Source: an uncultured Acidimicrobiaceae bacterium
GTDB lineage: Bacteria; Actinomycetota; Acidimicrobiia; Acidimicrobiales; SZUA-35
Assembly: GCA_964551835.1 (NCBI GenBank)
Contig: CAZKEM010000046.1
Coordinates: 1 to 24,387 of the forward strand
Direction of reading: 5' to 3'
Length of the DNA stretch: 24,387 bases
The notes below the pieces were generated by a model that did not search any database, was not told where the DNA came from, and was given only the letters and a program-made list of their open reading frames with translations. How positions within the stretch are numbered: position 1 is the first letter of the stretch; every line of letters starts with the position of its first letter. Position numbers and translations under genes: made by a program. Below are positions 15,569-24,123 of the stretch, piece by piece.

Positions 15569-16300
15569 GTGTTTATCCCACAGAAGCGGAAAGTTGGGGG
15601 CGTGGAGAGCTTTATAGACACAGCAACGAGTTATCCAGTGTCGATATTCACCGTCCTGCTAGCTACGAGCATCGGTTACTGGCTGATCTCGACCGTGCTT
15701 GGCTTGGGTGATTTTGGTCTTGACAGCGATATCGGTATAGACGCCGACGGTGGATTCGAGGTTGAAGCCGGACCCGCCAGCGACGGTTTCGCCATCGAAG
15801 GCGACGGCTTCGACGGCTCAAGTGATGGCCCATCGTTTGCAACAAACTTGGCGATCATAACTGGAATAGGTGTGGCGCCGTTCAACATAGTGATCTCAAT
15901 ATTTTCGCTTGCCGCGTGGACAATGGCGATGCTCGCAATGACCACTTTTGGGTCTCTACCGCTTCTGCCCGCAACGTTTGTTCTGATAGTAGGTGTCATC
16001 GTCGGGCTAGCAGTATCAGGTCGGGTCGCCCGTCTACTTCGCCCTCTATTCGTTGCCCAGACAGCAACGAAACATGAACAGTTAATCGGCCGGATCGTCA
16101 CCATACGAACTGGGCGAGTCGACGCCACCTTCGGACAAGGCGAGATCGACGGGCCAGGAAACGAAGACCACATCGCTCAAATCAGATGCCATGAAAAAAA
16201 CGACTATACAACCGGAGACCGAGCGCTCGTCGTAGCCGTCGACGATGGCGGAATTTTCACGATCTCATCAGACAAAAACATAATTAAAACGATCGGCTGA
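15569..16300 (+). CDS. NfeD/YqiJ-like membrane protein with C-terminal OB-fold (short-form NfeD), 243 aa from GTG 15569. Alternative GTG start at 15602.
   Basis: N-terminal TM, then an acidic D/G-rich insert (nt 15710-15838), two or three further TM helices, and a C-terminal beta-barrel segment GRIVTIRTGRVDATFGQGEIDG...GDRALVVAVDDGGIFTIS, as in NfeD/YuaF/YqiJ. It lies directly upstream of a flotillin gene, the classical pairing. Confidence 0.75.
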   Translation: MFIPQKRKVGGVESFIDTATSYPVSIFTVLLATSIGYWLISTVLGLGDFGLDSDIGIDADGGFEVEAGPASDGFAIEGDGFDGSSDGPSFATNLAIITGIGVAPFNIVISIFSLAAWTMAMLAMTTFGSLPLLPATFVLIVGVIVGLAVSGRVARLLRPLFVAQTATKHEQLIGRIVTIRTGRVDATFGQGEIDGPGNEDHIAQIRCHEKNDYTTGDRALVVAVDDGGIFTISSDKNIIKTIG

Positions 16301-16375
16301 TCGCAGTCCGCGGCTCGGTTTCATCGTAACAACACCTCTAAACAACGATTTTCATCTTGAAAGGCAAGGCGGTTC

Positions 16376-18379
16376 ATGCAAGCATTAGCGTCCATCGCAA
16401 CGGCAGTAGTAATTCTCCTCGGATTCATTTTCTTAATCGGGTTCTTTGTGACCCGGCTCTACCGGAAGGTGCCACAGGGTAAAGCGCTTCTCGTCAGCAC
16501 CACCAGAGCTGTAGTGGTAACGTTCACTGGCCGCATCGTTTTGCCGGTCATACATAAAGCCGAGGTCATGGATATCTCGGTTAAGAACATCGAGATCGAC
16601 CGACGCTCCACCGAAGGCCTCATCTGTCGAGACAACATCAGAGCCGACATTAAGGTCAACTTCTTCGTTCGGGTAAACAAAGCAGAACAAGACGTTGTTA
16701 AGGTCGCCCAAGCAATTGGGTGCGAGCGCGCCTCGGACCCGACGACGCTGGAAGAGCTCTTCGCCGCCAAATTCTCTGAAGCGCTTAAAACCGTCGGCAA
16801 GCAAATGGACTTCGAATCGCTCTACCTCGAACGAGCGATCTTCCGTGACCGCATCATCGAAGTGATCGGTACCGACCTCAACGGCTACTCCCTTGAAGAC
16901 GTCGCCATCGACTACCTCGAACAGACACCGCTCGAAAAACTCGACTCGACCAATATTCTCGATGCCCAAGGCATCCGTAAGATCACCGAGATGACCGCCA
17001 TCCAACACGTAGCGACCAACGTCGCAGCGCGTGAAGAAGAAAAGCAAATAACCGCCAAGAACGTTGATACCAAAGAAGCTGTTCTTGAGCTCGAGCGGCG
17101 ACAAGCAGATGCCGAAGCCCGCCAACAGCGCGAAATTCTCGCCGTTCGTGCCCGAGAAGAAGCGACCACGGCAACCGTCCAAGCCGAAGAGCGCCTCAAG
17201 TACGAGATGGCGACGCTTGAAGTAAACCAAAAGCTCGGCATCGAGCAAGAGAACCTCGACCGAGAAGTAACCGTCGCCGCGAAAAACCGTGAACGAGTAA
17301 CCGCCGTCGAACAAGAACGAGTCGACAAAGCACGCGAACTCGAAAACATGAGCCGCAAGGTCGAAACCCTGTCGGCCGAAAAAGCGTTGGAGCTCGAGAA
17401 GTCGACGATCGCCGACATCAAACGTGAACGAGTAGCGGTCGAACGGACCGTAGCCGAGGAAGAAGAAAAGATCGAAACGCTTCGAGCGGTCGAAGGCGCA
17501 GACCGAGTCCGCCAAGCCGCAGTCATCGAAGCCGAAGCTTCAGCGCAGGGTGACTTTGTTCGCGATATCAAAGCAGCAGAGGCAGCTGAAGCTGCGTCGG
17601 AACACTTGGCGAAGGAAAAGATCACCCTTGCCAAAGCTTCGCTTGACGCTTCTGACCTAGAAGCTCGTGCTGAGATTCGACTGGCCGAAGGCGCGAAAGC
17701 ATCGGCGGCCGCCAAAGGTCTCGCATTCGTCCAAGTCGACGAGGCGCGCGCCGACGCCAACGAAAAACTTGGTTTGGCCGAAGTCCGAGTCGACACGGCT
17801 AAGGCCGGAGCGATCAAAGAACTCGGCGAAGCTGAAGCGGCCCGGCTACGAACCGAAGGCCTCGCCGAAGCCGGAACGATCGAAGCCAAACTCAAAGGTG
17901 AAGCAGCCGGCCTGATCGAAAAAGCCAGTGCGATGAAAGAGCTAGAAGACGCCGGGCAGCAACACGAAGAATTCATCCGCAAACTTGAAGCCGACACAGA
18001 GGTACGTTTGGCCAAGGTCGAAGCAGGCGTCAACGTCGCATCCGTCCAGGCTGATGCTATGAAAGCCGGGTTCGAGGCAGCCGACATTGACATCGTCGGC
18101 GGGTCTGACGTGTTCATCGATCGTGTGGTCGGATCGATTGGGCACGGAAAAGCCGTAGATAATTTCTTCGAAAAGTCCGACGTTGCCGGCACCGCCATGG
18201 GGCCATACCTAAACGGTGAAAAAGACCTGCTCGCTACCTTGACCAACGCGGTTGGAGTTCTTGGAACGGACGGCATTCGAGACCTAACCATTGCGGACCT
18301 GATTCGTCGGTTCGGTGGCCAACTCGGAAACGGTAGTAACGGCTTGCCCGGAGGCGATAGCGCCGACGACGCCAAATGA
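16376..18379 (+). CDS. flotillin-family SPFH (band 7) protein, YqiK/FloT-like, 667 aa
   Basis: N-terminal membrane hairpin AVVILLGFIFLIGFFVTRLYRKV and SPFH core KALLVST...IEIDRRSTEGLICRDNIRADIKVNFFVRV. A long E/A/R-rich coiled-coil region (about nt 17024-18056) and a flotillin-type C-terminal tail follow. Confidence 0.9.
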   Translation: MQALASIATAVVILLGFIFLIGFFVTRLYRKVPQGKALLVSTTRAVVVTFTGRIVLPVIHKAEVMDISVKNIEIDRRSTEGLICRDNIRADIKVNFFVRVNKAEQDVVKVAQAIGCERASDPTTLEELFAAKFSEALKTVGKQMDFESLYLERAIFRDRIIEVIGTDLNGYSLEDVAIDYLEQTPLEKLDSTNILDAQGIRKITEMTAIQHVATNVAAREEEKQITAKNVDTKEAVLELERRQADAEARQQREILAVRAREEATTATVQAEERLKYEMATLEVNQKLGIEQENLDREVTVAAKNRERVTAVEQERVDKARELENMSRKVETLSAEKALELEKSTIADIKRERVAVERTVAEEEEKIETLRAVEGADRVRQAAVIEAEASAQGDFVRDIKAAEAAEAASEHLAKEKITLAKASLDASDLEARAEIRLAEGAKASAAAKGLAFVQVDEARADANEKLGLAEVRVDTAKAGAIKELGEAEAARLRTEGLAEAGTIEAKLKGEAAGLIEKASAMKELEDAGQQHEEFIRKLEADTEVRLAKVEAGVNVASVQADAMKAGFEAADIDIVGGSDVFIDRVVGSIGHGKAVDNFFEKSDVAGTAMGPYLNGEKDLLATLTNAVGVLGTDGIRDLTIADLIRRFGGQLGNGSNGLPGGDSADDAK

Positions 18380-21300
18380 CCGAACCCCAAAAGGAAGACC
18401 AGGCGGCCGTCGACGAAGACGTCGCCGTCGAAGAGGGTGCAGGCGCGGAAGCGTCGCAACCTCAAACCGAGGGTTCAACAGTTGCACAAAGCACGTACGA
18501 ACTGCTGCAACAACGGCTCGTCGACGCGGCCAAAGAACTCGCCGGTCGAGCTGAGCGGCTCAACGAACTCCGGCTAGACACGTTCGGTTCAAGCCAGCTA
18601 GACCTGGCGGGAACCGAACGCGTCCGGACCGAGAACAACGTCGTGCCGCGCGACATTGCGGCTGCAGGCAACCAGCTAGTGATGGCCTACAACGCAACCG
18701 CCGGCACTCGCTCAGAGATCCGGCCCGAGGACGTCTTCAGTATTCACCACCTCGACGACTCGTCGGAAAAGTTGGTGCTCAGCCCCAACCCTGACGGACT
18801 AGTCAACTCTGCGCTCGACGACGACCAGTTCCGACGAGACTTCGAAGAACTCCACACCTACTTCCAAGACGCCAGAGTCCAGCAGGTCTACGAAACGAAC
18901 CAGAAACTGCTCGTCGTCTTCCGAACCGGCGACGGAGTCAACGATTTACGCGTCCTGCGTTGGCTGATCCACCCCGACGGTGAACTGTCATACATGGACG
19001 ACCGGGGCGAGCGAGACCACCGCTTTCCTCCCCATCAAAATGTCGAATGGCAACAGACGACTCGGGCCGACCATCTCGAAAACCGGGTGATCGTGGTAGA
19101 GGACCGCATTCACGTCAACCCGCTCGATGGCAAACTGAACGTCGCTCTGACTGACGGTACGCCAGGCGGGCTGGTGCTGGTCGACGACGACGTAGAGGAG
19201 TCGGACCAATCTCTCCAAGATTGCATAGTCGACTATGCGCTGGCCGGTGACCTGGTCATTCTGCGTATCCTTCCGTACCGGGAAACCGTCCGGCGTCACT
19301 ACGTCATAAACCTTCTAGCCCGCACGGCTACCCGAGTCGACGCCTTAGACCAAGCCTTTCGACTCCTACCTGAAAACCAAGGCCTGATCTTTCCCGAAGG
19401 AATTTATTTACGCACAGGCGAGGTCCGCACGTTTGACCTTGACGCCGACGACATGGAACTGCTCGAAGTTCTTCGTTCCCCCAACGGCGAAGACGTCCTC
19501 TACGTCTTCCACCACAAAGACAACGGCCGTTCGATTTTGTTACCCTACAATGTCGTACGTCAAGAAGTCGCCGTACCGATTTGGTGTCACGGTCATTGCC
19601 TGTTCCCCGACGGCACGATGCTTATCTTCCGCGAAGAACCGCAACCTACACGGATTCACCCAGTGCAGATCTGGCGGACACCATTTTGCAGTGATGAATG
19701 GTTTAGCGAACAACCTCAGACATCGAGCCCGCTCGACCGTATCGGCAATGCTAGCCTGGTGGCCGGCATCGCCGACGCGTTAGCGTTACAACGACTGGTC
19801 GTCCGCCTCGAACCATCATCGGAACTCTACGGTGACTTGCTAGGTACCGCCGGTCGGACACTTGACACCCACCACTGGTTCGACGCCGAAGAAGTCGGGA
19901 ATCTCGCTCAGCCAGTCCAGGACATACGCTCAATCGCCGAACAAGTAATCGAAGAGTTCGAACAGGTCCAACAGGTCAGAGCAAGCGCACGAGAAGCCCT
20001 TGGTGAAGCCCGCGAGTCCTTGGCCGATGTCCAGCAAGAATTACGTATCAACCCTCCGGAGTCGACGGAAGACTTTATCGACCGTCTAAGCTCTATCCGT
20101 CACGAGATCGGCCATCTGCACACGATTAAAGAGGTCCGCGAGATCGACATCTCGGCCGTCGACACCTTGATCGAAGAGGCAACCGAAGTCCGACAGACCG
20201 TAGCCCAAGACGCAGCCAGCTACCTAGCTCAAGATGACGCCTTCGGATCCTATGTGGCTGACCTCGACGAGCTGTCTGAGAAGAACCGGAACGTCACAGC
20301 GTCGATTGAGGTGGCCAGCATTCTCGAAGACGTCGACGGTGTGGCCAATTCGATGGACACTGTGGCCGACGCTATCGGTGTTCTCGTGGTCGACGACCCG
20401 CAAATCCGGGCGTCGGTCCTCGAACAGGTCTCGTCGGTCTTAGCGAACTTGAACAGAGTTCGGGTTGAAGCTCAAAACAACCATGACACTTTGATCCAGA
20501 GTGAAACCGGTGCGTTGTTCGCAACCGAACTGGGGCTTTTTGGTCAAACCATTTCAACCACGTTAGCTCGTTGTGACAGCCCCGAAGCATGCGATGACGG
20601 CTTGGCCCGTCTACTACTACAACTCGAACAGCTTGAAACTGCAGGACCGAGATCGGAAACCCAGCTCGACGAGTTGAACGAACGGCGTGACCATCTGGTC
20701 GAAGTGTTTACGTCTCGTCGTCAGCAGCTGCTCGACGATAGCCAGAAACGAGCCGACCAGTTAACTTCTGCGGCGCGGCGTACTTTACAACGGGTCGCTG
20801 ACCGTTCAGCACGGCTTGAATCGATCGACGATATCAACGGGTTCTTCGCCGCCGACGCGTTAATCGACCGCGTAAGACGCATTATCGAACAGTTGAAGGA
20901 TTTGGGCGAACCGGTTCGCGCAGACGAACTGCAGGCATCGCTGGGTAGTTCGCGAGATTCCGCCATTCGGGCACTGCGGGACAGGCTTGAACTGTTCGAT
21001 CGTGGGGCTGTGAAATTGGGCCAACATCGGTTCAGTGTTGATGAACGCCAACGCGAATTGACGTTGGTCCCGTTCGAAGACCATCTCGACGCTGTTCTTA
21101 CCGGCACCGACCTTCGGATGCCGGTCGCCGATGAATCCCTAGCCGCTCATCGGGCCTTATGGGACCAAGCTGTTCCTTCGGAAACCAATGAGATGTACCG
21201 CTCAGCGTACTTGGCGGCCTCGATTGCCTTAGACGCTTTGGAAGGTGACGATGCAGCCACAGAGGTCTTGTCGAACGTCGGCCCAGCCGATGGTGACGAC

Positions 21301-23301
21301 GACACCTCGACGATCGTCTCCTTTGTTCGTGACGTCACCAATGATCGGATAGACGAAGGTTACGATCAGGGCGTTCACGATCTCGACGCCGCCCGTATCT
21401 TGGCCGTCATCGGACCCAAGGCGTTAGCTGCAGGCTCGCTCCTGTATGCGGGTTCCGATCGCGCCGCGGCGCGTTGGGCCTGGAATTTTGAGTTTGACGA
21501 CGAAAAGCAATCGATTTGGACCCAGCGCGGCAATGCAGCCGCGGTATTAGAGACAGACGTGGCGACCATCGCAGCGATGGCGAACGAGCTGGCCGAAGAA
21601 CTCAAACTTACCGAAGCGCAAAGTCGATACCTCATGGGTGAACTCGTCACCAAAGACAACCTTGGGTTTGCTATCTCGACCTCGATACAAGACCACGTAG
21701 CGTCGCTACGGTCGAACGCCTCGGTGAAGAAACTGATCAAAGAACTGAACCACGACGCCGACGGAATCCGGCCGGTACTCGCCAACTTCATCAACCGACA
21801 CACGGACCTGCACGTCGATGACGTCGAAGAGTTGGCGGTCTTGCTGTTAACCCCAGACCTACAAAGCTACGTTGTAGACATCGACCTAAGTTTCGAGGTG
21901 CCCGGTCTGTCCGGGGGTCATCAAACGATTGAAGGCCGGCAACTCGCTGGTCGCATCGATTCTCTTTTCCAGATGGCCCAAACTCATCGCCGCGTGGTTA
22001 TGCCCGCCCATCAAGAGTTCAATACAGCCCGTCGAGGGGTGATCAAGTCACTCCGTTCAGATCTACGACTCGACGATCTCGAACCGCAGGTCCCCGAAGG
22101 GTTCGTCCGAAACAAACTGATCGACAAGTTGTACCTGCCGCTAATCGGCGACAACTTGGCCCGCCAGATCGGTACCGCTGACGACCAGTCCGCAGCCCGA
22201 AGCGGCTTGTTGATGTTGCTGTCGCCTCCGGGCTACGGAAAGACAACTCTGGTCGAATACATCGCTGATCGCTTAGGCATGGCATTGGTCAAGGTGTCTG
22301 GCCCCGCGTTGGGTCACGAAGTGACATCACTCGACCCGGCGTTGGCGCCCAGCGCAACCGCGGCTCGTGAAGTCGAGCGCATCAACATGTCGTTCGCTGT
22401 TGGCTCGAACGTCATTTTGTATCTCGACGATATTCAACACACCAGCCCTGAATTGCTCCAACGTTTCATCTCGCTGTGTGATGGGCAACGGCGAATCGAC
22501 GGAGTCTGGAATGGCGAAGCTACGACGTTTGACCTACGCGGCAAACGCTATGCCATCGTGATGGCTGGAAACCCGTACACCGAGTCGGGTGAACGGTTCC
22601 ACATTCCTGACATGTTGGCCAACCGGGCCGACATCTACAATCTAGGCGACGTGTTGTCCGGAAACGAAGACGTTTTCGCTCACTCTTATATTGAGAATGC
22701 GTTGACCGCTAATGCGGTGTTGGCGATGCTTGCCGGACGAGACCGAAAAGACGTCGACGTGTTTATGGCTGCCGTTGACGGCAAGCCGTTGGACGAAACC
22801 AGGCTGAGCCATACCTACAGTTCGGCCGAACAGCGCGACATCGTGTCAGTGCTCGGGCATTTACGTCGGGTGCAGAACGTCATTTTGTCGGTCAATCGAC
22901 AGTACATCAAGTCGGCGGCCACTGACGAGAAGTACCGCACAGAGCCGCCGTTCCTCTTGCAAGGTTCGTACCGAAATATGGCGAGAATGGCTACAAAGCT
23001 ATTGCCGGTGATGACGCCAGACGAAGTCAATGTGATTATCGACGAACACTATGTGGCCGAGTCTCAAGCCTTGACCGGAGACGCTGAAGCCAACCTTTTG
23101 AAACTTGCCGAGCTGCGAGACGTCATGACGCCGGAACAGCAGGACCGTTGGGCAGATATTCTCGAAACCTTTAGACGTCAGCAGCGGCTGGGCGGCGACG
23201 AACGTGACCCAGCTACAAGAATGGTGGCCGCGATAAACGAGGTTGCTTCGGAGCTGAGCAACATCCGTAACGGTGTCAGTGGTGATGAAGCCGCTAGCTA
23301 G
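18376..23301 (+). CDS. 1641-aa protein with C-terminal MoxR/dynein-class AAA+ ATPase module. The N-terminal ~1270 aa is of unknown function.
   Basis: The ATG overlaps the flotillin TGA (ATGA at 18376-18379) and there is no SD within range. Walker A LLSPPGYGKTTL (22231-22248). Walker B ILYLDDIQ (22414-22437). Sensor-1/Arg segment MAGNPYTESGERFHIPDMLANRADIY (22561-22638), matching ATQNP.E..GTY.LPEAQLDRF of MoxR ATPases. Sensor-2-like QGSYR in the lid. Confidence 0.85.
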   Translation: MTEPQKEDQAAVDEDVAVEEGAGAEASQPQTEGSTVAQSTYELLQQRLVDAAKELAGRAERLNELRLDTFGSSQLDLAGTERVRTENNVVPRDIAAAGNQLVMAYNATAGTRSEIRPEDVFSIHHLDDSSEKLVLSPNPDGLVNSALDDDQFRRDFEELHTYFQDARVQQVYETNQKLLVVFRTGDGVNDLRVLRWLIHPDGELSYMDDRGERDHRFPPHQNVEWQQTTRADHLENRVIVVEDRIHVNPLDGKLNVALTDGTPGGLVLVDDDVEESDQSLQDCIVDYALAGDLVILRILPYRETVRRHYVINLLARTATRVDALDQAFRLLPENQGLIFPEGIYLRTGEVRTFDLDADDMELLEVLRSPNGEDVLYVFHHKDNGRSILLPYNVVRQEVAVPIWCHGHCLFPDGTMLIFREEPQPTRIHPVQIWRTPFCSDEWFSEQPQTSSPLDRIGNASLVAGIADALALQRLVVRLEPSSELYGDLLGTAGRTLDTHHWFDAEEVGNLAQPVQDIRSIAEQVIEEFEQVQQVRASAREALGEARESLADVQQELRINPPESTEDFIDRLSSIRHEIGHLHTIKEVREIDISAVDTLIEEATEVRQTVAQDAASYLAQDDAFGSYVADLDELSEKNRNVTASIEVASILEDVDGVANSMDTVADAIGVLVVDDPQIRASVLEQVSSVLANLNRVRVEAQNNHDTLIQSETGALFATELGLFGQTISTTLARCDSPEACDDGLARLLLQLEQLETAGPRSETQLDELNERRDHLVEVFTSRRQQLLDDSQKRADQLTSAARRTLQRVADRSARLESIDDINGFFAADALIDRVRRIIEQLKDLGEPVRADELQASLGSSRDSAIRALRDRLELFDRGAVKLGQHRFSVDERQRELTLVPFEDHLDAVLTGTDLRMPVADESLAAHRALWDQAVPSETNEMYRSAYLAASIALDALEGDDAATEVLSNVGPADGDDDTSTIVSFVRDVTNDRIDEGYDQGVHDLDAARILAVIGPKALAAGSLLYAGSDRAAARWAWNFEFDDEKQSIWTQRGNAAAVLETDVATIAAMANELAEELKLTEAQSRYLMGELVTKDNLGFAISTSIQDHVASLRSNASVKKLIKELNHDADGIRPVLANFINRHTDLHVDDVEELAVLLLTPDLQSYVVDIDLSFEVPGLSGGHQTIEGRQLAGRIDSLFQMAQTHRRVVMPAHQEFNTARRGVIKSLRSDLRLDDLEPQVPEGFVRNKLIDKLYLPLIGDNLARQIGTADDQSAARSGLLMLLSPPGYGKTTLVEYIADRLGMALVKVSGPALGHEVTSLDPALAPSATAAREVERINMSFAVGSNVILYLDDIQHTSPELLQRFISLCDGQRRIDGVWNGEATTFDLRGKRYAIVMAGNPYTESGERFHIPDMLANRADIYNLGDVLSGNEDVFAHSYIENALTANAVLAMLAGRDRKDVDVFMAAVDGKPLDETRLSHTYSSAEQRDIVSVLGHLRRVQNVILSVNRQYIKSAATDEKYRTEPPFLLQGSYRNMARMATKLLPVMTPDEVNVIIDEHYVAESQALTGDAEANLLKLAELRDVMTPEQQDRWADILETFRRQQRLGGDERDPATRMVAAINEVASELSNIRNGVSGDEAAS

Positions 23302-24043
23302 AGGGAGTATTTTCGTTGAGTATTTTTTTCGGAGTGCTATTTAGTTCGGATCGAAACGCCGCGATATATGAGCTTGAGGTTGCGTAACCGCTCGCTAAAG
23401 CGATCTCGGTCATCGACTTCTCTTGTGAGAGCAGGTCGAGCGAAAAGAGTATCCGGCTCCGTCGTTGCCATCCGGCTAACGTCATAGCGGTCTCCGATCG
23501 GAAGATTCGTTCGAGCGTGCGTCGGCTCGCCGCCACCGTTGCGATGGCGTCGCCGAGTGTGATGGTGGGGTTATTGGTTAGAACCGTGGCTAAAGCTTGC
23601 GCACGCGAGTCGGCTGGGAACGGAAGGTGCAGCGGCGCAGTAGGCGCGGCTGCGATTTGGTCGAGAACGACTTGAATCAACGCCTCGTTGCTTGGGGTGG
23701 CTAGCGAAATCGGGCATTGTTTGACGACATGGAGTAAAAGCTCGCGGGTGAAGGTATTGGTGGATACAACCCGGTTGCCCGATCGCAGCGCCTTTAGTTC
23801 GTGGCGAAAGTAGAGGCACCGCATCGCGGTCGGTCGCCGGGTTCGAGCACGGATGGTTGTACCGTCGGTGACACATAAGGCCCGGTGAGGCGGTACGGTC
23901 CACGACTCCGACGAGGAAGATGCCACAAATAGCCCAGATTTCGAATACAAGACTTGGTCCCAGCCGGCCTGAGTCGGTAGGCGTACCTCGCCGGTCGGGT
24001 GGGTTACGGCGTAACTTCGGACCGAAGGCTCTTTGTGTCGCAT
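23294..24043 (-). CDS. AraC-family transcriptional regulator (N-terminal cupin/AraC-binding domain plus C-terminal HTH_18), 249 aa
   Basis: C-terminal dual HTH LGDAIATVAASRRTLERIFRSE...MTEIALASGYATSSSYIAAFRSELNSTP. GAGG 6 nt before ATG 24043. The 3' end overlaps the stop of the 1641-aa gene by 8 nt (convergent). Confidence 0.85.
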   Translation of the reverse strand: MRHKEPSVRSYAVTHPTGEVRLPTQAGWDQVLYSKSGLFVASSSSESWTVPPHRALCVTDGTTIRARTRRPTAMRCLYFRHELKALRSGNRVVSTNTFTRELLLHVVKQCPISLATPSNEALIQVVLDQIAAAPTAPLHLPFPADSRAQALATVLTNNPTITLGDAIATVAASRRTLERIFRSETAMTLAGWQRRSRILFSLDLLSQEKSMTEIALASGYATSSSYIAAFRSELNSTPKKILNENTPSS

Positions 24044-24123
24044 TGGCTACCTCAAACCTTTCACACTTTGCCCTAACACCGACGACGTTAATGCAAGCCG
24101 CGCCTTCTACGAAAGTTTACGAG

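Noticed and set aside
16289-16302. Small hairpin CGATC-GGCT-GATCG spanning the NfeD-like stop codon
   Set aside because: 5-bp stem with no following T-tract. It is too weak for a terminator and would not separate the NfeD-like and flotillin genes transcriptionally.
16433-18465. Long minus-strand ORFs (16433-17515, 360 aa; 16912-18465, 517 aa; also 16459-16800) inside the flotillin gene
   Set aside because: They are antisense to a strongly supported SPFH/flotillin CDS. Their translations are low-complexity and S/A/R-rich, as expected from the reverse complement of GC-rich Glu/Ala codon repeats. They are artefacts of composition.
18988-22285. Several 60-140-aa ORFs on the minus strand and in alternative plus frames inside the 1641-aa gene (for example 18988-19299, 20721-21107, 21375-21803, 19433-19783)
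   Set aside because: They are embedded in a continuous 4.9-kb ORF with clear AAA+ motifs. They have no motifs and atypical amino-acid composition. They are frame artefacts.
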